Source: Eledone cirrhosa (Eukaryota). From it: 64,000 nt of DNA. Shown here piece after piece: positions 14,706 through 30,165 of the stretch. A program made the position numbers and the translations under genes. Numbering within the stretch: the stretch's first letter is position 1; each line of letters starts with the position of its first letter. A model generated the notes under the pieces. It did not search any database. It was not told where the DNA came from and saw only the letters and a program-made list of their open reading frames with translations. The DNA lies in contig OZ024749.1 of NCBI GenBank assembly GCA_964016885.1, positions 25,420,001 through 25,484,000 of the forward strand, given 5' to 3'.

Positions 14706-16570
14706 AAAGGCTTTACAGTTAGCTAAAGTCCCACAACCATTGGTAGCTGCTGTTGAACGCCTGACCAAGAACTGGTACACCAGTTTGATCCTTAGAGGTG
14801 AGAAGGAGCAGGTTAAGACTGATAAGATACATTACCAGAAGGGCATCTTTCAGGGTGATAGCTTGTCAGTGCTACTCTTCGTTCTCTCACTGAATCCACT
14901 ATCTTACCTACTCAGGAAACAAGGTGGACAAAGAAGTGGGCCCAGAAGTATCTCCCATCTTTCTTTGTTGATGACCTGAAGTTGTATGGGCCAAATATCA
15001 ATGACATCAAGAAACAATTGGACCTCATTACACAATTTTCAACCGACATCAAAATGAAATTCGGTGAGTCCAAGTGTGCATATTTGGCAGTAAAACGTGG
15101 AAGAGCTGTGCCCTCCTCTAGAAATCTAGAGATGAACGGCCTGACAATACAACCTCTGCAGTCAGGTGACAACTACAGATATCTTGGACAGGATGAGAAT
15201 GTCAGATATGATGGACCCATAAATAAGGAGAGAACCAGAACTGAATACCTCAGAAGAGTAAAGAAAATATGGTCATCAGAACTGTCAGCATACAACAAAT
15301 ACATTGCCCACAATACTTATGCTGTGCCAATTCTAACGCCAACATTTGGCCTACTGAACTGGTCATTGCAAGAACTAAGTGAGATGGATGTTAGAACTCG
15401 AAAACATCTCAGTGTTACTGGGAACTTAACATCAATGGTGATGTGGATAGGCTATACTTCTCACGCAAGGAAGGTGGCCGGGGTCTAAAATCAATATTAA
15501 CAACATATGAGACCCGGATAGTAACACTGAAGCAACACCTTCAACAGAGGAAAAAGGTTGGCAACCATCTTGCCCAGGTTTATGACCATGAAAAAAGAAA
15601 TATCATTAGAATAGCGACTGATCTGGAGGAGAGATATGGAATAAAGCCTGATATAAATCTCTCACCCAGAGAAATCGGAAGATCCTATTCAATGTTCAAA
15701 CAAGATAAAAAAATTGACCAATTTACAGAAAAAGTTGTACATGGATACTTGAGGCGTAAAACACAGACCATAGAGAGGATAAACCACTCAAAAAGCCTGG
15801 CATGGAGTTCCGACAAGTTTATGACATCACACCTTGAGGGATATCTCTATGCAATGCAGGAACAAGAATTCCCTACCAAATAACTGCTGCACAAAAGAGG
15901 AGGGCCAGCAGCTGACAATAAATGTAGGCTATGTAAAACAAAGATCGAGGATGTAAGCCACATTGTTGCCAGCTGCGAAAGAATGTCATCTCGCTACTAC
16001 CTCCCCATGAGACACGATGGGATAGCTAGAACCATCTGGAATGCACTTCGGAAAACAAAATTAACAAACGAGGAAGAATATATTGAGACAGATGGCACTA
16101 AGGAATACTGGTGGAACTGAAAATAAAAACTGCCACCAAATTAAAGCACAACCGGCCTTATATTGTAGTTTGGGACCACACATTGAAAACGTGTTCTGTT
16201 GTGGAGATCAGCTGCCCACTTGATGTAAACGTTGTCAGAAAAATACAGGAGAAGGAGGACATCTACGGACCATTGATGAGGAGTTTACAAATCCAGTATC
16301 CAAGATACACCTTTAGCTTCATACCCATCATTATTGGTGCTACGGGTTATATACCAACCCGCTTGGACGAAAGTATGACTGAACTTGTATTTGCGGACAA
16401 AAAGCGCAGCTCCCTAATTCATAGTCTACAAATGGCTGTGATAGCTGGCACCTTCAAAATTTGCAAAACATTCTTGCGATTCAAGGGATGACAATTTCTT
16501 TTCTTTTACAACATTGCCACCAGGAAGGTGGCCGGTCAAAAAAAATATACTCGAAATTAAGAGAAAGAGA
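14706..16570 (+). mobile_element. 5'-truncated, frameshifted RLE-type non-LTR retrotransposon (R4/Dong-like) in a (TACA)n microsatellite
   Basis: RT motifs GIFQGDSLSVLLF, FFVDDLKLY, YRYLG and DRLYFSRKEGGRGL; CCHC knuckle CRLC...EDVSHIVASC..RHD; endonuclease NRP(Y/D)IVV...VEISCP. The ORF is split over 14662-16491. Confidence 0.85.
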
Positions 16571-17044
16571 AAGCATACATGCATACATACATACATAGAT
16601 ACATGCATGCATGCATAAATACATACATACATACATGCATGTATAGATACATTCGTGCAGTCACACATACATAAATACATACATACACATAGATAAATAC
16701 ATACATACGTGAATACATACATACATAAATACATACATACAGACACACATACATAAATACATACATGCATACATACATACATGGTGATGGCTGCTCCCAT
16801 CGAGTTATCGAGTATGGCCATTGCACGATATAACATTATTAATAATTATCAATTAATGATATCGTGCAATGCTTGTACTTGAAGATTTTTTTTTAAGTGA
16901 GGAAAGACTGTGCACTGAGCCAATTCCTGTCTCTGGGTGACAGTAGCTATAACCCGAGAAGATCAACATCATCGGTAACTATTGAGCCGGAAGTTTTATA
17001 CATACATGTTAGTTGGATGATGATTTGAAAAATTGCATTAATAT

Positions 17045-17225
17045 AATTGTTTCTACTTTTGGCACAAGGCCAGCAATTATCCAGTACATTACTGCTACTT
17101 TATTTTATCGACCCCGTAAGGATGAAAGGCAAAGTTAACCTCGGCGGCATTTGAACTCAGATCGTAAAGGGACGTAACTATGCTGCAAAGCATGGCGTCT
17201 GACTCTCTCACCACATCAGTCATAT
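17045..17225 (-). mobile_element. SINE family 1
   Basis: Reverse complement of the consensus seen at 4125-4310. Confidence 0.8.
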
Positions 17226-17559
17226 GCGTGGCACGAATAATCCGCGTTTTTCGGCTACGGGCAGCTATTTTCATGTAACACACGGGAAAGATATCAAGTG
17301 AAGCCAGGCCTTGGACTGGACTAATCCCATTTCTTGAACAACGGTGACTAGTGGCTAAATAGAAGAACAGCTTAAAATAATAGGCTGCCATCAATCGTAG
17401 ATTTTATATCAGAGATTACCTTCTGTATATATCCTAGAGCGCACTATTTCTATAGAACAGCCTGACACTAATCAGTTACTACTCGGCGGCTGAGCACTTA
17501 TCGTATCGTTTTGAATAACGTGATCATACACTTTCGTAGCAAAGATGCTGGCCAAGAGC

Positions 17560-18110
17560 TTACAAGGACAAATTTAAGCAAGTAATTGGCCTGTAATTTC
17601 CAATAAACGGACCTTTGATTTATACATCAAATCAAAGTTATACTTTGATACTTACATCCTACCAGTTGTGTTATATGGTCTTGATTGTGTTAATTGGATA
17701 AGGTCACTTCAGAAGCTCTCTACATTCCAGAACCACATCATGAGACTTATAACTGGCAAGCGGCTCAGCGACCATATCTGTATCAATGAGCAGCTCAACA
17801 TTTCCAGACTTTATTACATCAATTGTCAAGTCAAGATTACTTAAAATATACGGCCATATAAATCGACGAACTCGTAGTGTGAGTAGGTTATGCCTGGAAG
17901 GAAGGTTGGCTGGTGTGAGAAGCAGAGGCTGGCAGCCATAACGGTGGCTTGACAATGTCAACTTATGGACTGGGCTTGATCTTTGCTCTTTGAACTCTGC
18001 TGCTGGTGATCGAACTTAGTGGAGAGAGATATCTCATGTTGATGCGCAGTCTACAAGTGTTGGAGTTTAGCGTCACAAGATCAAAGTTGTCTTACATTCA
18101 AACATCCGTC
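17560..18110 (+). pseudogene. RTE-clade LINE 3' relic
   Basis: Plus-strand pieces: YILPVVLYGLDCVNW..KLSTFQNHIMRLITG, LKIYGHINRR, CLEGRLAGVRSRG...RWLDNV. Confidence 0.7.
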
Positions 18111-18144
18111 TTGTACTACATAATCATTTAGGTGCTTTCCTAGG

Positions 18145-18360
18145 ATTGGCAGTATCGGTACAGCATCGGACAAGGTGCTTTTGCAGCGTAGACTTATGTC
18201 CATTTACGTTCTCAGTACAAATCCCGGAGAAGGAAACTTTGCCTTTAATCCTTACAGACCCGATAAAATAAAGTACCAGTAACGCACCGGGCTCGATTGA
18301 ATCGACCTATCCGTTCCTATAAGTTGTTGGCCTTCTGTGAAAAGTAGACACATTTATTAT
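18145..18360 (+). mobile_element. SINE family 1
   Basis: ggattggcagtatcggt head and cgataaaataaagtaccagt core. Confidence 0.7.
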
Positions 18361-18431
18361 TGCTGTTGTTATTTTCAAGGAACTTCAGGATAATACACGG
18401 AAAATTAATAATAGGAAAGGACTCATAATTA

Positions 18432-19205
18432 TTGCGTGTGTTGGGTGTGTTCTGTGTGCTGTGGTATGTTGTGTGTATATGTTGTGTGAATGAATGTTGG
18501 GTGTGTTTTGTGTTTATGTTGGGTGTGTTTTGTGTGCGTGGTGTATGTTGTGTGAATGAATTTTGGGTGTGTTTTGTGTTTATGTTGGGTGTGTTTTATG
18601 TGCGTGGTATATGTTGTGTGTATGTGTTGTGTGAATCTGTGTTGGGTGTGTTTTGTGGGGGAAGGGCATGTTGGGTGTGTTTTGTGTGCGTGGTGTATGT
18701 TGTGTGTATGTGTTGTGTGAATGTGCGTTGTGTGCTCTGTGTGTTGCGTGTGTGTTTTGTGAATTTTGTGTGTTGTGTTTGTTGTGTGAGTGATATGTGG
18801 CGTGTTCTGTGTTGTGTGTTCTGTGTTGTTTGTTTTGTGTTTTTGTGTTGAGTGTATTGTGTGTTGTGTGTTCTGTTTGTTGTGTGGTGTGTGTTGTGTG
18901 TTCTGTGTTCTGTGTGTTGTGTGTTGTGTGTGTTGTGTGTTGTGTGTTGTGGGTTGTGTGTTGTGTGTGTTGTGTGTGTTGTGTGTGATGTGTGTTGTGT
19001 GTTGCATGTGTTGTGTGTTGTGTGTTGTGTGTTGTGTGTGTTGTGTGTTGTGTGTTGTGTGTGTTGTGTGTTGTGTGTGTTGTATGTTTGTGTTGAGTGT
19101 ATTGTGTGTTGTGTGTGTTGTATGTGTTGTACGTGTGCGTGCCTGTGTGCTGAGTGTGTGTGTATATGTTTTGTAAGTTTACTTGTATACGTGTGTGTAT
19201 GTATG
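18432..19205. repeat. Low-complexity TG/TTGTG array
   Basis: Degenerate tgttgtg repeats, with a duplication of about 57 bp at 18480-18610. Confidence 0.85.
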
Positions 19206-19501
19206 GTGAGGAGGATGTACAAATGTAGCAGAGCATTTTGGTTTCCATACATTTTAATGGCCTGTTGTTTTTTTTCTGTTACAAACAATAACATCTAATA
19301 AGTCACTTTGGGATATAAGGAAGGAGGAAAGTGACATAATATTACTACATATCTGAAGGGTCTTCAACACCGCCAACACCAACAACAAGAGAGAAGAAAC
19401 AGCAACAGCAGCCATCTTACATGTCATTCATGGCTGATTTATTTATTGATAATAATTCTTACAGTTTATTACCATTATCTTTTAAGCTTCTTCTTCTTTG
19501 T

Positions 19502-19538
<37 letters not shown>

Positions 19539-20019
19539 TTCTTCTTCTTCTTCTTCTTCTTCTTCTTCTTCTTCTTCTTCTTCTTCTTCTTCTTCTTCTT
19601 CTTCTTCTTCTTCTATTCTCCTCCTCCTCATTATTATTATTATCATTATTATTATTATCATCGTCTTCTTCATATGTTTCTCTTCTACTCTCCCTCCCCT
19701 TCTCCCTTCTCCCCCTTCCTCTCCTCCTCCTATTTCTTTCGTTAATTAATTTTACAAGATTAATTAATTTGATTGAAGAGAATATGGATGATTGTTATAG
19801 AAAATGTTAAAATAATTTTCTCCGCTTTTTGTGTTTTATATTACATATTATACACATATTTTCTCAAGATATTTGAAGCTCTCCTTCTTATCTGATTCAT
19901 TACGTCACAGCACCGTACATATATACAAAATGAGCTCACACAAGCACGTTCATTCAAGTAGCTAGAAATAGTAGCCAAATTTCCATCAAATCACACCAAA
20001 TCAGCTATATTTTGTTTCG

Positions 20020-20210
20020 GTAGTTTCTACATTTGGGACAGGGCCAACAATTAACCAGTACATTACTGGTACTTTATTTTATCGACCCCGTAAGGATGAA
20101 AGGCAAAGTTAACCTCAGCGGGATTTGAACTCAGTTCGTAAAGGGACGTAACTATTTGCTGGAAAGCCTGATGTCCCACTCTACCGATACTGTCAATCCA
20201 CTGCCAATCC
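20020..20210 (-). mobile_element. SINE family 1 (another partial copy at 20830-20945, +)
   Basis: Matches the family consensus. Confidence 0.8.
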
Positions 20211-20944
20211 ATCTACCAGTGAAATATAATAGGTGATAGTTAGAAAACATTCTTGTTGAAGTAAATCTCTGATTGAAAATCAGCGTCTTGTTAGCAACCA
20301 CTGATTTTCATCTTTACGTTTCGGATATCTGTCGCCGTTGTTCAGAGATATGGACTTTTCCAGTGCAAGGACTTTCTTCACTTAAAAAGGATCAAGCAAA
20401 AGCCTTTGATCTATAGATTTGATCTTGCATGAACATTGCTGGCTATAGATGACACAGGTATATTCTGTTCTCATCATTAGACCATGCAATGTCTAAAAGG
20501 TCATATTTGTGCCAACTATCTGCGAGAAAATGATCAAGTGAGGACTATATTAGAAATCAAGGTGCATCAATCATATATGTATTTATAATAAAAACACACT
20601 TCCCCACACACATGCACACACATACACACACATGCACACACAAACACACACACACACAGACACGCATAAATATATACATATACATGTGTGTGTGTGTGTC
20701 TGTGTGTGTGTGTGTTGCGCGTGTGCGTGTGTGCGCGTAGGTGTATGTACGTATATATGCACAGAAATATCTATACATACACAATTATTATTCAGGATCA
20801 CTAGAGCGTCAGAGACGATGATTTCAAGTATAGAGTTATGGCTCTTTATCTGCGTTCAACTCCCGTCGAGGTTAGCTTTGCCTTTCATCCTTTTAGAGTC
20901 GATAAAATAAAGCACTAGTAATACACTGGGGTAATTGCTGGCCT

Positions 20945-21016
<72 letters not shown>

Positions 21017-21414
21017 TAATAGTAGTAGTAGATATTTTTAAAATAGGAAGCCAATTCTAAAAAAGACACCAACATACAAACATCTAAATATATACACACA
21101 TTTATATACATACATATATAAATACACACACACAAACATATATATATATATATGTATATATATATATGTGTGTGTGCATGTGTATGTGTATGATTATGTG
21201 TGTGTGTGTATGTGTGTGTGTGGATCTATTGATAATGTCTTTCTATAGATACTTATATGCATGCAAGGAAATTATGTTTCATACTCCATTAAAAGAGCCA
21301 TTATTTCATTAGCGCCATGTAATTATATAAATATAAAATGCATATGTATATATATATACATATATATATATTATATATATATGTATAAACATATATATAT
21401 ATATATGTACACAC

Positions 21415-21506
<92 letters not shown>

Positions 21507-21729
21507 TATACACGTAATATATATATATACATATATATATATATACACATAATATATATATACACACACACATAATATATATATATATATACACACACAT
21601 GATATAATAATATATATATATATATACACATAATAGATATATATAAACACATAATATATATATATATATACACACATAATATATATATATATATATATAT
21701 ACACATAATATATATATATATGTACACAC

Positions 21730-21804
<75 letters not shown>

Positions 21805-21962
21805 GTATGTATATGTATGTGTATGTGGTAAACTAAAAGTAATATCCGCTGATCATTATGTGAGACTGTTTATATTCCATATATATACATGAAGTCTTAG
21901 GAAGTCTTTAGGTGCATATTACAAAAGATATATATTTACATGTTTGTGTGTTTGCATTTATA

Positions 21963-22023
<61 letters not shown>

Positions 22024-22199
22024 GGGGGGTTCTTTGTATGTGTGTGAGTGTGTGTGTGTATTTATGCGTGTATAAGTGTGTGCTTGAGTATTTATTTATT
22101 GATATATGCATGTACATGTAAATGCGTTTGTATGTGTAATGTCTAGATATATAGGTAGATAAATATTTAGACACACGTATAGATAGATATACATATATG

Positions 22200-22309
<110 letters not shown>

Positions 22310-22346
22310 ACATGTATATTTATATATATACATATATATATATATA

Positions 22347-22394
<48 letters not shown>

Positions 22395-22842
22395 GAGAGA
22401 CATAGAGAGAAAGAGAGATAGAAAGAGTGAGATATACCGATAGATAGACAGATCGATAGATAGACATATATGAAAATCACTGCTTAAATTGTGAAAAGCT
22501 TTTAAAAGTTGTTACATTAATACTAATTGCGGCATATCTTTAAAATATGCTAAATCTCAAAAAGATATCAGAGTGACAGGAAATTTTCTCTGATTGATGT
22601 ACACTACGAATAATTGCCTTTTCTAGTGTCAGGCGGGGTTGAGTTCATATTACGTCATCATCATCATCATCATCATCATCATGATAATCATCATCAGCGT
22701 CATCGGTGTCATCCTCATTATCAACATCATAATCGTTATTATCGTACTCTTCTATATTATCATCATTTATGAATAACTTCTTCATAACCATCATCATCAT
22801 CACATCATCATCATAGTCATCATATATATCATCACCATCGTT

Positions 22843-22874
<32 letters not shown>

Positions 22875-22884
22875 AATTATATTA

Positions 22885-23070
22885 ATAATTGTTTCTACAT
22901 TTGCCACAAGGCCAGCAATTACCCCAGTACATTACTGGCGATTTATTTTATCGACCTCGTAAGGATGTATGACAAAGTTAACCTTGGCGAGATTTGAACT
23001 CAGAACGTAAAGAATAATATCTGCAAAGCTTGGTGTCTGTCGCTCTACCGATCCTGCCAATCCACCGCCC
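22885..23070 (-). mobile_element. SINE family 1
   Basis: Matches the family consensus. Confidence 0.8.
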
Positions 23071-23083
23071 TTTTATATATTAA

Positions 23084-23997
23084 CTAGCAGTAAAGCCCGG
23101 CGTTGCTCGGGGTCGCTCAGTAGCTGTGTTAAAGTTACAATGTTAAGTTTCTTTTTTGGCTTAAAAACTGTAGTGTCTACTGTGCAGACTTGCATGTGGT
23201 GTTTTTGATTAATATTCCCTCAAACAACAATATGCCTTATGAAGTTAAGAAAACATAACGATAACCCGAATGTTATAATAAAAGAGGATGCTGGGGATAG
23301 AAACTGCACTGGTTATTTATTAACAAAGATCGAAAATGTAAACACTGCAACGCAGATAAAAACATTAGCGTAACCAAATTATCAGTTATGTCTGTCTGCA
23401 CGCCTATATCACCTCTCGGCACGACTATCTGTCTGCACGCCTATATCACCTCTCTGCACGACTGTCTGTCTGCACGCCTATATCACCTCTCTGCACGACT
23501 GTCTGTCTGCACGCGTATATCACCTCTCTGCACGACTGTCTGTCTGCACGACTGTCTGTCTGCACGCCTAACGACGAAATATTTGCTTGTTTTACGTAGT
23601 CTTTAAATAGACTTGTTTTCAAGTAAAAATATTGTTTTAAAATGCTTTTAAATGGAAATGAAGCGAAACGGAAGCTTAGTGTTCGAACTGATGAATTTTG
23701 CAGGTCAATATTTTGCTGGCTCGAAACGCTGAGAAAGCCAGCGTAATTTTTTACGTAAGACGCTCAATGTAAACAGAACAAAGGGAAATAACTGATCACT
23801 TACGCTCAAAAATCGATACATTATATTCGATTTCGTCACATAGGGTGGGTCAATTTGAAATTTTTTTTTCCGATGTCTTCGCTAGGGCTCAATGTACAAG
23901 TATAGCAATTTCGGTGCAATTCTGTGAGAGATTCTAAGAGGAGATGTGTGCCAAAAATCGATAGACAGACAGACAACCACAGTTTTATATATATAGA
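23084..23997 (-). mobile_element. Non-autonomous Helitron
   Basis: The minus strand starts A|TCTATATATAT and ends CTAG|T, with a GC-rich subterminal hairpin (23096-23111, cccg agcaacgc cggg on -). These are the canonical Helitron termini and A|T target. Confidence 0.8.
23389..23570. repeat. 37-bp minisatellite inside the Helitron (about 4.5 copies)
   Basis: Unit tgtctgtctgcacgcctatatcacctctctgcacgac starting at 23389, 23426, 23463 and 23500. Confidence 0.9.
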
Positions 23998-24449
23998 TAA
24001 TACATATAAAATTGAGAAAAATCATCGCTAGAACATCCGTTAAAACCGCTAAATGCTGTCAAAGAAAGCGATGGGTAAGAAAGCCTCAGAGGAAAGGGAC
24101 AGTGGCCAGTGGTCAGAAGAGAGACCAACCACAAGATGGATGACAGGCAGATGAAATATAGAAAAGATTGTAAGAGGAGGAAGACAAGGAGAAATGTGTT
24201 GGCGCATAGAAGTGACTTCAAGAAAGAAATATATAGAAAGGGTTGCACAAGACAATAATTACATACATACTCTTCACCCACAACAGCTCTCAAACCAGCC
24301 AAATGGTTTCGCACAAATGCTGTATCGTGTAACAGATAAATAAATCTTTCTGCTCGTATGATGTGTGTGTGATAGAACAAACAGCACAGATAGAAGGACG
24401 AAAGAAATCAAAGCAAAGAAAAGAATGGGATGGTGAACCGCAATCTTAA

Positions 24450-24915
24450 AAAACAACAAGAACAGTAGCAGCAACAACAATACTAACAGCTGCAACAGCA
24501 GCAGTAACAACAGCATTATCAATAAAAGTAACAACCGCAGCAACAACAGCAATAACAGCAAGAACGGCAGGAATAACAGCAGCAGCAGCAATAACAACAA
24601 CATCATCAGTAACAACGGCAGCAACAACAGGTGTAACAGCAGTAACATCAGCAACAACAGCAACAACAGCAACAACAGCAGCAACAACAGCAACGACCGC
24701 AGCAACAAAAGCAGTAACAACAGCAGCAATAACAGCAGCAGCAACAACACCTGTAACAACCACACCACCAGCAGCAGCAGCTACAATAACAGCAACAATA
24801 ACACCGGCATCATCAACAACAGCGGCAACAACAGCAACAACAACAAGGACAACACCAATACCAAGAGCTCCAGCACCAACAATAACAACAGCAACACCAA
24901 CAGTAACAGCAGCAC
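24450..24915. repeat. Degenerate (CAA/CAG)n triplet tract
   Basis: Visible directly in the sequence. Confidence 0.85.
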
Positions 24916-25014
24916 CTATCGTAACATTGAAGCCGCCACTACCGCCATTTTATAATCACATACTTTTTGTTGTCGACATTGTGGTTATAGTTGCACTATA
25001 AATGTCGTACATAT

Positions 25015-25510
25015 AAATGGCGTTGTTATGTTCTTAAATGTATCTTATTGATTTTGATGTTGTTGTTGTTGTTGTTATAGTAGTGATGGATGTCATTGCT
25101 GTAGTTGTTTTTGTTATAGTTGTGATGTATGTCAATGCTCTAGTTGTTGTTTTTAATGGCGTTGTTGTTATGTTCTTAAATATGTCTTATTGGTTTTGTT
25201 GTTGGTTGGTAGTTGTTGTTTTAATGGCGTTGTTGTTGTGTTCTTAAATATGTCTTATTGATTCTGTTGTTGTTGGTAGTTGTTATTTTTAATGGCGTTG
25301 TTCTGATGTTCTTAAATATGTCTTATTGATTTTGTTGTTGGTAGTTGTTGTTTTAATGGCGTTGTTGTTGTTTTCTTAAATATGTCTTATTGATTTTGTT
25401 GTTGTTGGTAGTTGTTGTATTTAATGGCGTTGTTGTTATGTTCTTAAGTATGTCTTATTGATTTTGTTGTTGTTGGTAGTTGTTGTTTTTAATGGCGTTG
25501 TTGTTGTCTA
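25015..25510. repeat. Minisatellite of about 63-69 bp
   Basis: aatggcgttgttgttatgttcttaaatatgtcttattgattttgttg recurs near 25017, 25155, 25222, 25291, 25355, 25423 and 25491. Confidence 0.8.
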
Positions 25511-25784
25511 TATTGTTATATATATTATTGCTTTCGTTATTATTGTTGTTAGTATTGTTATAGTTGTGGTTCATGTTGTTGTTGTTGTCTATATTGTGAT
25601 ATATATATATATATATTGTTGTTTTTGTTAATATTACTGCTGAGTTTGTTGTTGTTGTTGTTGTTATTGTTATAGTTGTGGTTGTTGTTGTTGTTATTGT
25701 TGTCTATATTATTATTTATATTGTTGCTTTCGTTACTGTTGTTATTTGTGTTGTTAATATTATGGATTTTATAGATATTGAATA

Positions 25785-25945
25785 TTTGGCAGTATGCTTT
25801 GAGCATAGAGTTACGGCCCTTGCTATTCTGAGTTCAAATCCCGCCGAGGTTAAATTTGTTTCATCCTTACGGGCATCGATAAAATAAAGTACCAGTAATG
25901 CACTGGTTAATTGCTGGCCTTCTGCCAATAGTAGAAACAGTTATT
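25785..25945 (+). mobile_element. SINE family 1
   Basis: Matches the family consensus. Confidence 0.8.
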
Positions 25946-26292
25946 AACGCTGTTGCTGTTACTGTTATTGGCGTTGTTGTTATTTGTTTACTGTTATTGT
26001 TAGTGTTGCTATTATTATTAGCATTGTTGTTGTTATTTTGTAATGACATTGTTGTCGGTGTAGTTACTGATATCGTCATTCTTGTTATATACGTAATACC
26101 ATATTCGGAATTAGCCTCTGTTAGTTCGATGACATTTTAATATCAATATCAAATTACGGTAATTTTTTTCTCATACACTTCAATATTCTGAAATACTTCA
26201 ATCTATATCCATATAAATGCTTTAAATGTCAAAAACAATTTCACGAAAAGGAAATAATCCATCTTTGAGCGGTTTCACATCAGCTGAACTAC

Positions 26293-26900
<608 letters not shown>

Positions 26901-26915
26901 GTATGTATATATATG

Positions 26916-26968
<53 letters not shown>

Positions 26969-27419
26969 GTATATATATATATGTATATGTATATATATAT
27001 ATGTATATATGTATATGACCCCTTAGCCTTTGTCAGGCAGAATCCTGGGAGAAGCAAAACTCTGGTATAACACCTACAACCCTGATGGCATCCACTGATG
27101 TTGACTTGTTCTTCTTTTTGGTAAATATTATCTTGGTTAAGAGAGTGGGACTGGCTTTGTGCAGTGCCTTTGCTCACTATAAAAGCTTCACGGCACAGGC
27201 ATTGCTTTATATCTGGAGATCTCTCTGCACTTGTCATCACATGGTACCATGGGCCCAGCACTATGTGTCAATAATGTCACAAGTGTAGTGTTTGTACCAG
27301 AGTTTTCAAGTCGGTGGCTGAACTAAAAGGTCACACTTGTTCAGCGCATCGGTAGGGGTTCTCCTACATGCATATAAAGTAGTGGCCGTACTCGAAAACG
27401 AGTTGGCAGCTACCATGTA

Positions 27420-27487
<68 letters not shown>

Positions 27488-27550
27488 TATACATATATAT
27501 ATATGATAAGAAAAAAATCGAAAATATATTGTTTTTCTTATGTATATATA

Positions 27551-27629
<79 letters not shown>

Positions 27630-27885
27630 AAAAGAAGGCGAAAATTCAACTGGAGTTTTATTAAAAATATTTATTTATTTCCTTTACCGGTTTCAAAAGC
27701 AGGATGGAGGGTTTGAGGTTTGTCTCAAAGAGGAAATAATTAAACATTCTAATATTCTGACATAGACTCCAGTTGAATTTTCGACTTCTTTTCCTTATAG
27801 TTTCTACCGTGTAGGTCATCTCATATTTTCTTTTCCTTTTAAAAAAAAACAACTCTTTTTCTTATATATATATATAGACAGAGAG

Positions 27886-27974
<89 letters not shown>

Positions 27975-28083
27975 TAATCGTGGTGATTCATTCAATTGGT
28001 TGTGGCTGTTCTAATGTGTACACTCGATACACACGCAGAGTGTATATGATAAGAAAAAAATCGAAAATATATTGTTTTTTTCT

Positions 28084-28114
<31 letters not shown>

Positions 28115-28821
28115 GGTGTCCCCGAAAAATGTAAAAACACCTCAGCAGCATACTAATAAATATATGATTAGATTTGGGGGGAGGATGTAACACCCTGTAT
28201 GTACGCGTGTCATTTCTGTCCATGCTTGTGTGGGAGGAGGGGTAGTTTCTGATGTTCTTACTTATGTCAAGGTCACCATTGATCTAGAAACCAATTTCAT
28301 GATCAAATGTGATGTAATTCATAGCATCCAGCATAATTTTCTCTTCTAATAAGGGGTGGAAGACCTCGCTAACCCTTAGATTTTCTCATATTTTGTTGTA
28401 GCTTTTTTTCATGTTATTTTATTTAATTTTCCTTTCAAGACAATCAATACAGTATGGAATAAGGGAGATTAGGGGTTGCTATTTCTAGCCATTCAAACTG
28501 GGACAAGTAATGGCGCCGATATTGTTTGATGATTGATGATTATTTCACATATGTGCTGTCATAAATAATTTATCATCTACATAAGGATATATTTTGATAT
28601 TGTAAAGTTCGTAACCTCAGATATATTTCTGTGTGACTTTTGTCTTTTGTCTCGCTACTTGGAGATTTAGTTACCATGTTGTGGTATAGGCTTTCTTTCA
28701 TTTTCTTTTATCTTTCTCTCATTGTTACGTTCTCTTTAACGATTAGTTCAATCACTTAATCTAAGTCAGACACGACTGAAGGTTGACGACGACGGAATAT
28801 GAATACAGATATGCACACATA

Positions 28822-28924
<103 letters not shown>

Positions 28925-29082
28925 GCATATTACACGAACACACACAAAAACACAGAGACAGCGAGAGAAAAAGAGAGAGAGACAGGTGCACCTATATATA
29001 TGAACATGTTATACATGAAAATGAAATGCACTTTACATGTATGAGAGTGTATATATATACATATATACATACATATATATAC

Positions 29083-29132
<50 letters not shown>

Positions 29133-29904
29133 ACACACATATACATGTGCCCATCTTTGTTCGCGATTCAAACTTACAAACTATTTAGTCTAACTATATT
29201 TTGCAATAATTATTTTTTCTATTCTTTTTATCTATTTAATTATTTACATAGCTTTATTTTTGTTATTGCTGTCTATATGTTAATTATCGTGATTAATTTG
29301 ATTGCCATTATCATTATCATTACTGTTAATTAAGTTTTCTTGATTTCATTAAGCCAAATAGAAATTTATATAATATAGATGCCACCAAGCCTATTTTAAA
29401 AAACGATTAAATATATTTCAGAATGTTTATAAGTTCTTTTGATAAATTGTTTGTGTAATTGGGTTATTTTCTGGTGTAAATTACTGTTTACATAAAACTA
29501 GTTTCTTGTATTCATTATTCGAACATTAATTTCAGTTGAATAGATAATTGAGGAGAGAAATAATGCATGAGATTGGCATTGCGAAAATGTCAAATAACGA
29601 GTGTCGTTAAAATATTGTCTCGGTCTGTTGTTTTTTGTTCTGCCATTCTACTTTCCAAGGTCAAATCTCAAATAGGTCAAATTTTACTTGTATCATTAAC
29701 GTGTGAATGACTAAATTTATATTGTTTGAATCTGTCATATCTCCTCTCCGTAGCACCTATCTCTCAGAATCGGCCCTAGAATTACTGATATTCAATCACG
29801 GTTATGATTGATAAAATATATACCATTCAATATAAGTATTCAGCTTTCAGTCTCACGTTGGAGCAAACAAGCTAATATATATACATCTAAATTCTAAAGT
29901 AAGC

Positions 29905-30165
29905 CAGGAGGCGCATTTAGCCAGTGATTATCTCGGCTTCAAGACGTAAAGCGACTGAGAATACAAGACTCGCTCCTGGACAGGACGCCAGTCCATCGCA
30001 GGGTTAAAACGCCGGCTATTGCTGGTACTCATTTTCAACTGAGTATAATCGAGCAACGTCAAGTGAAGTGTTTTGCTCAAGAACACAACACGCAACGCAG
30101 GAATCGAACCCACGACGTTATGATCGTAAGACTAACACCCTTACCACTATACCACGTGCCTCCAC
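29905..30165 (-). mobile_element. tRNA-derived SINE family 2 (V-SINE-like domain)
   Basis: Minus strand: head ggcacgtggtatagtggtaag..ggttcgattcc and body gcgatggactggcgtcctgtccagg; homologous to 60880-61162. Confidence 0.75.

Noticed and set aside
24274-24915. PolyQ or Ala/Thr-rich coding exon
   Set aside because: It is a degenerate CAA/CAG tract with no splice or domain context.
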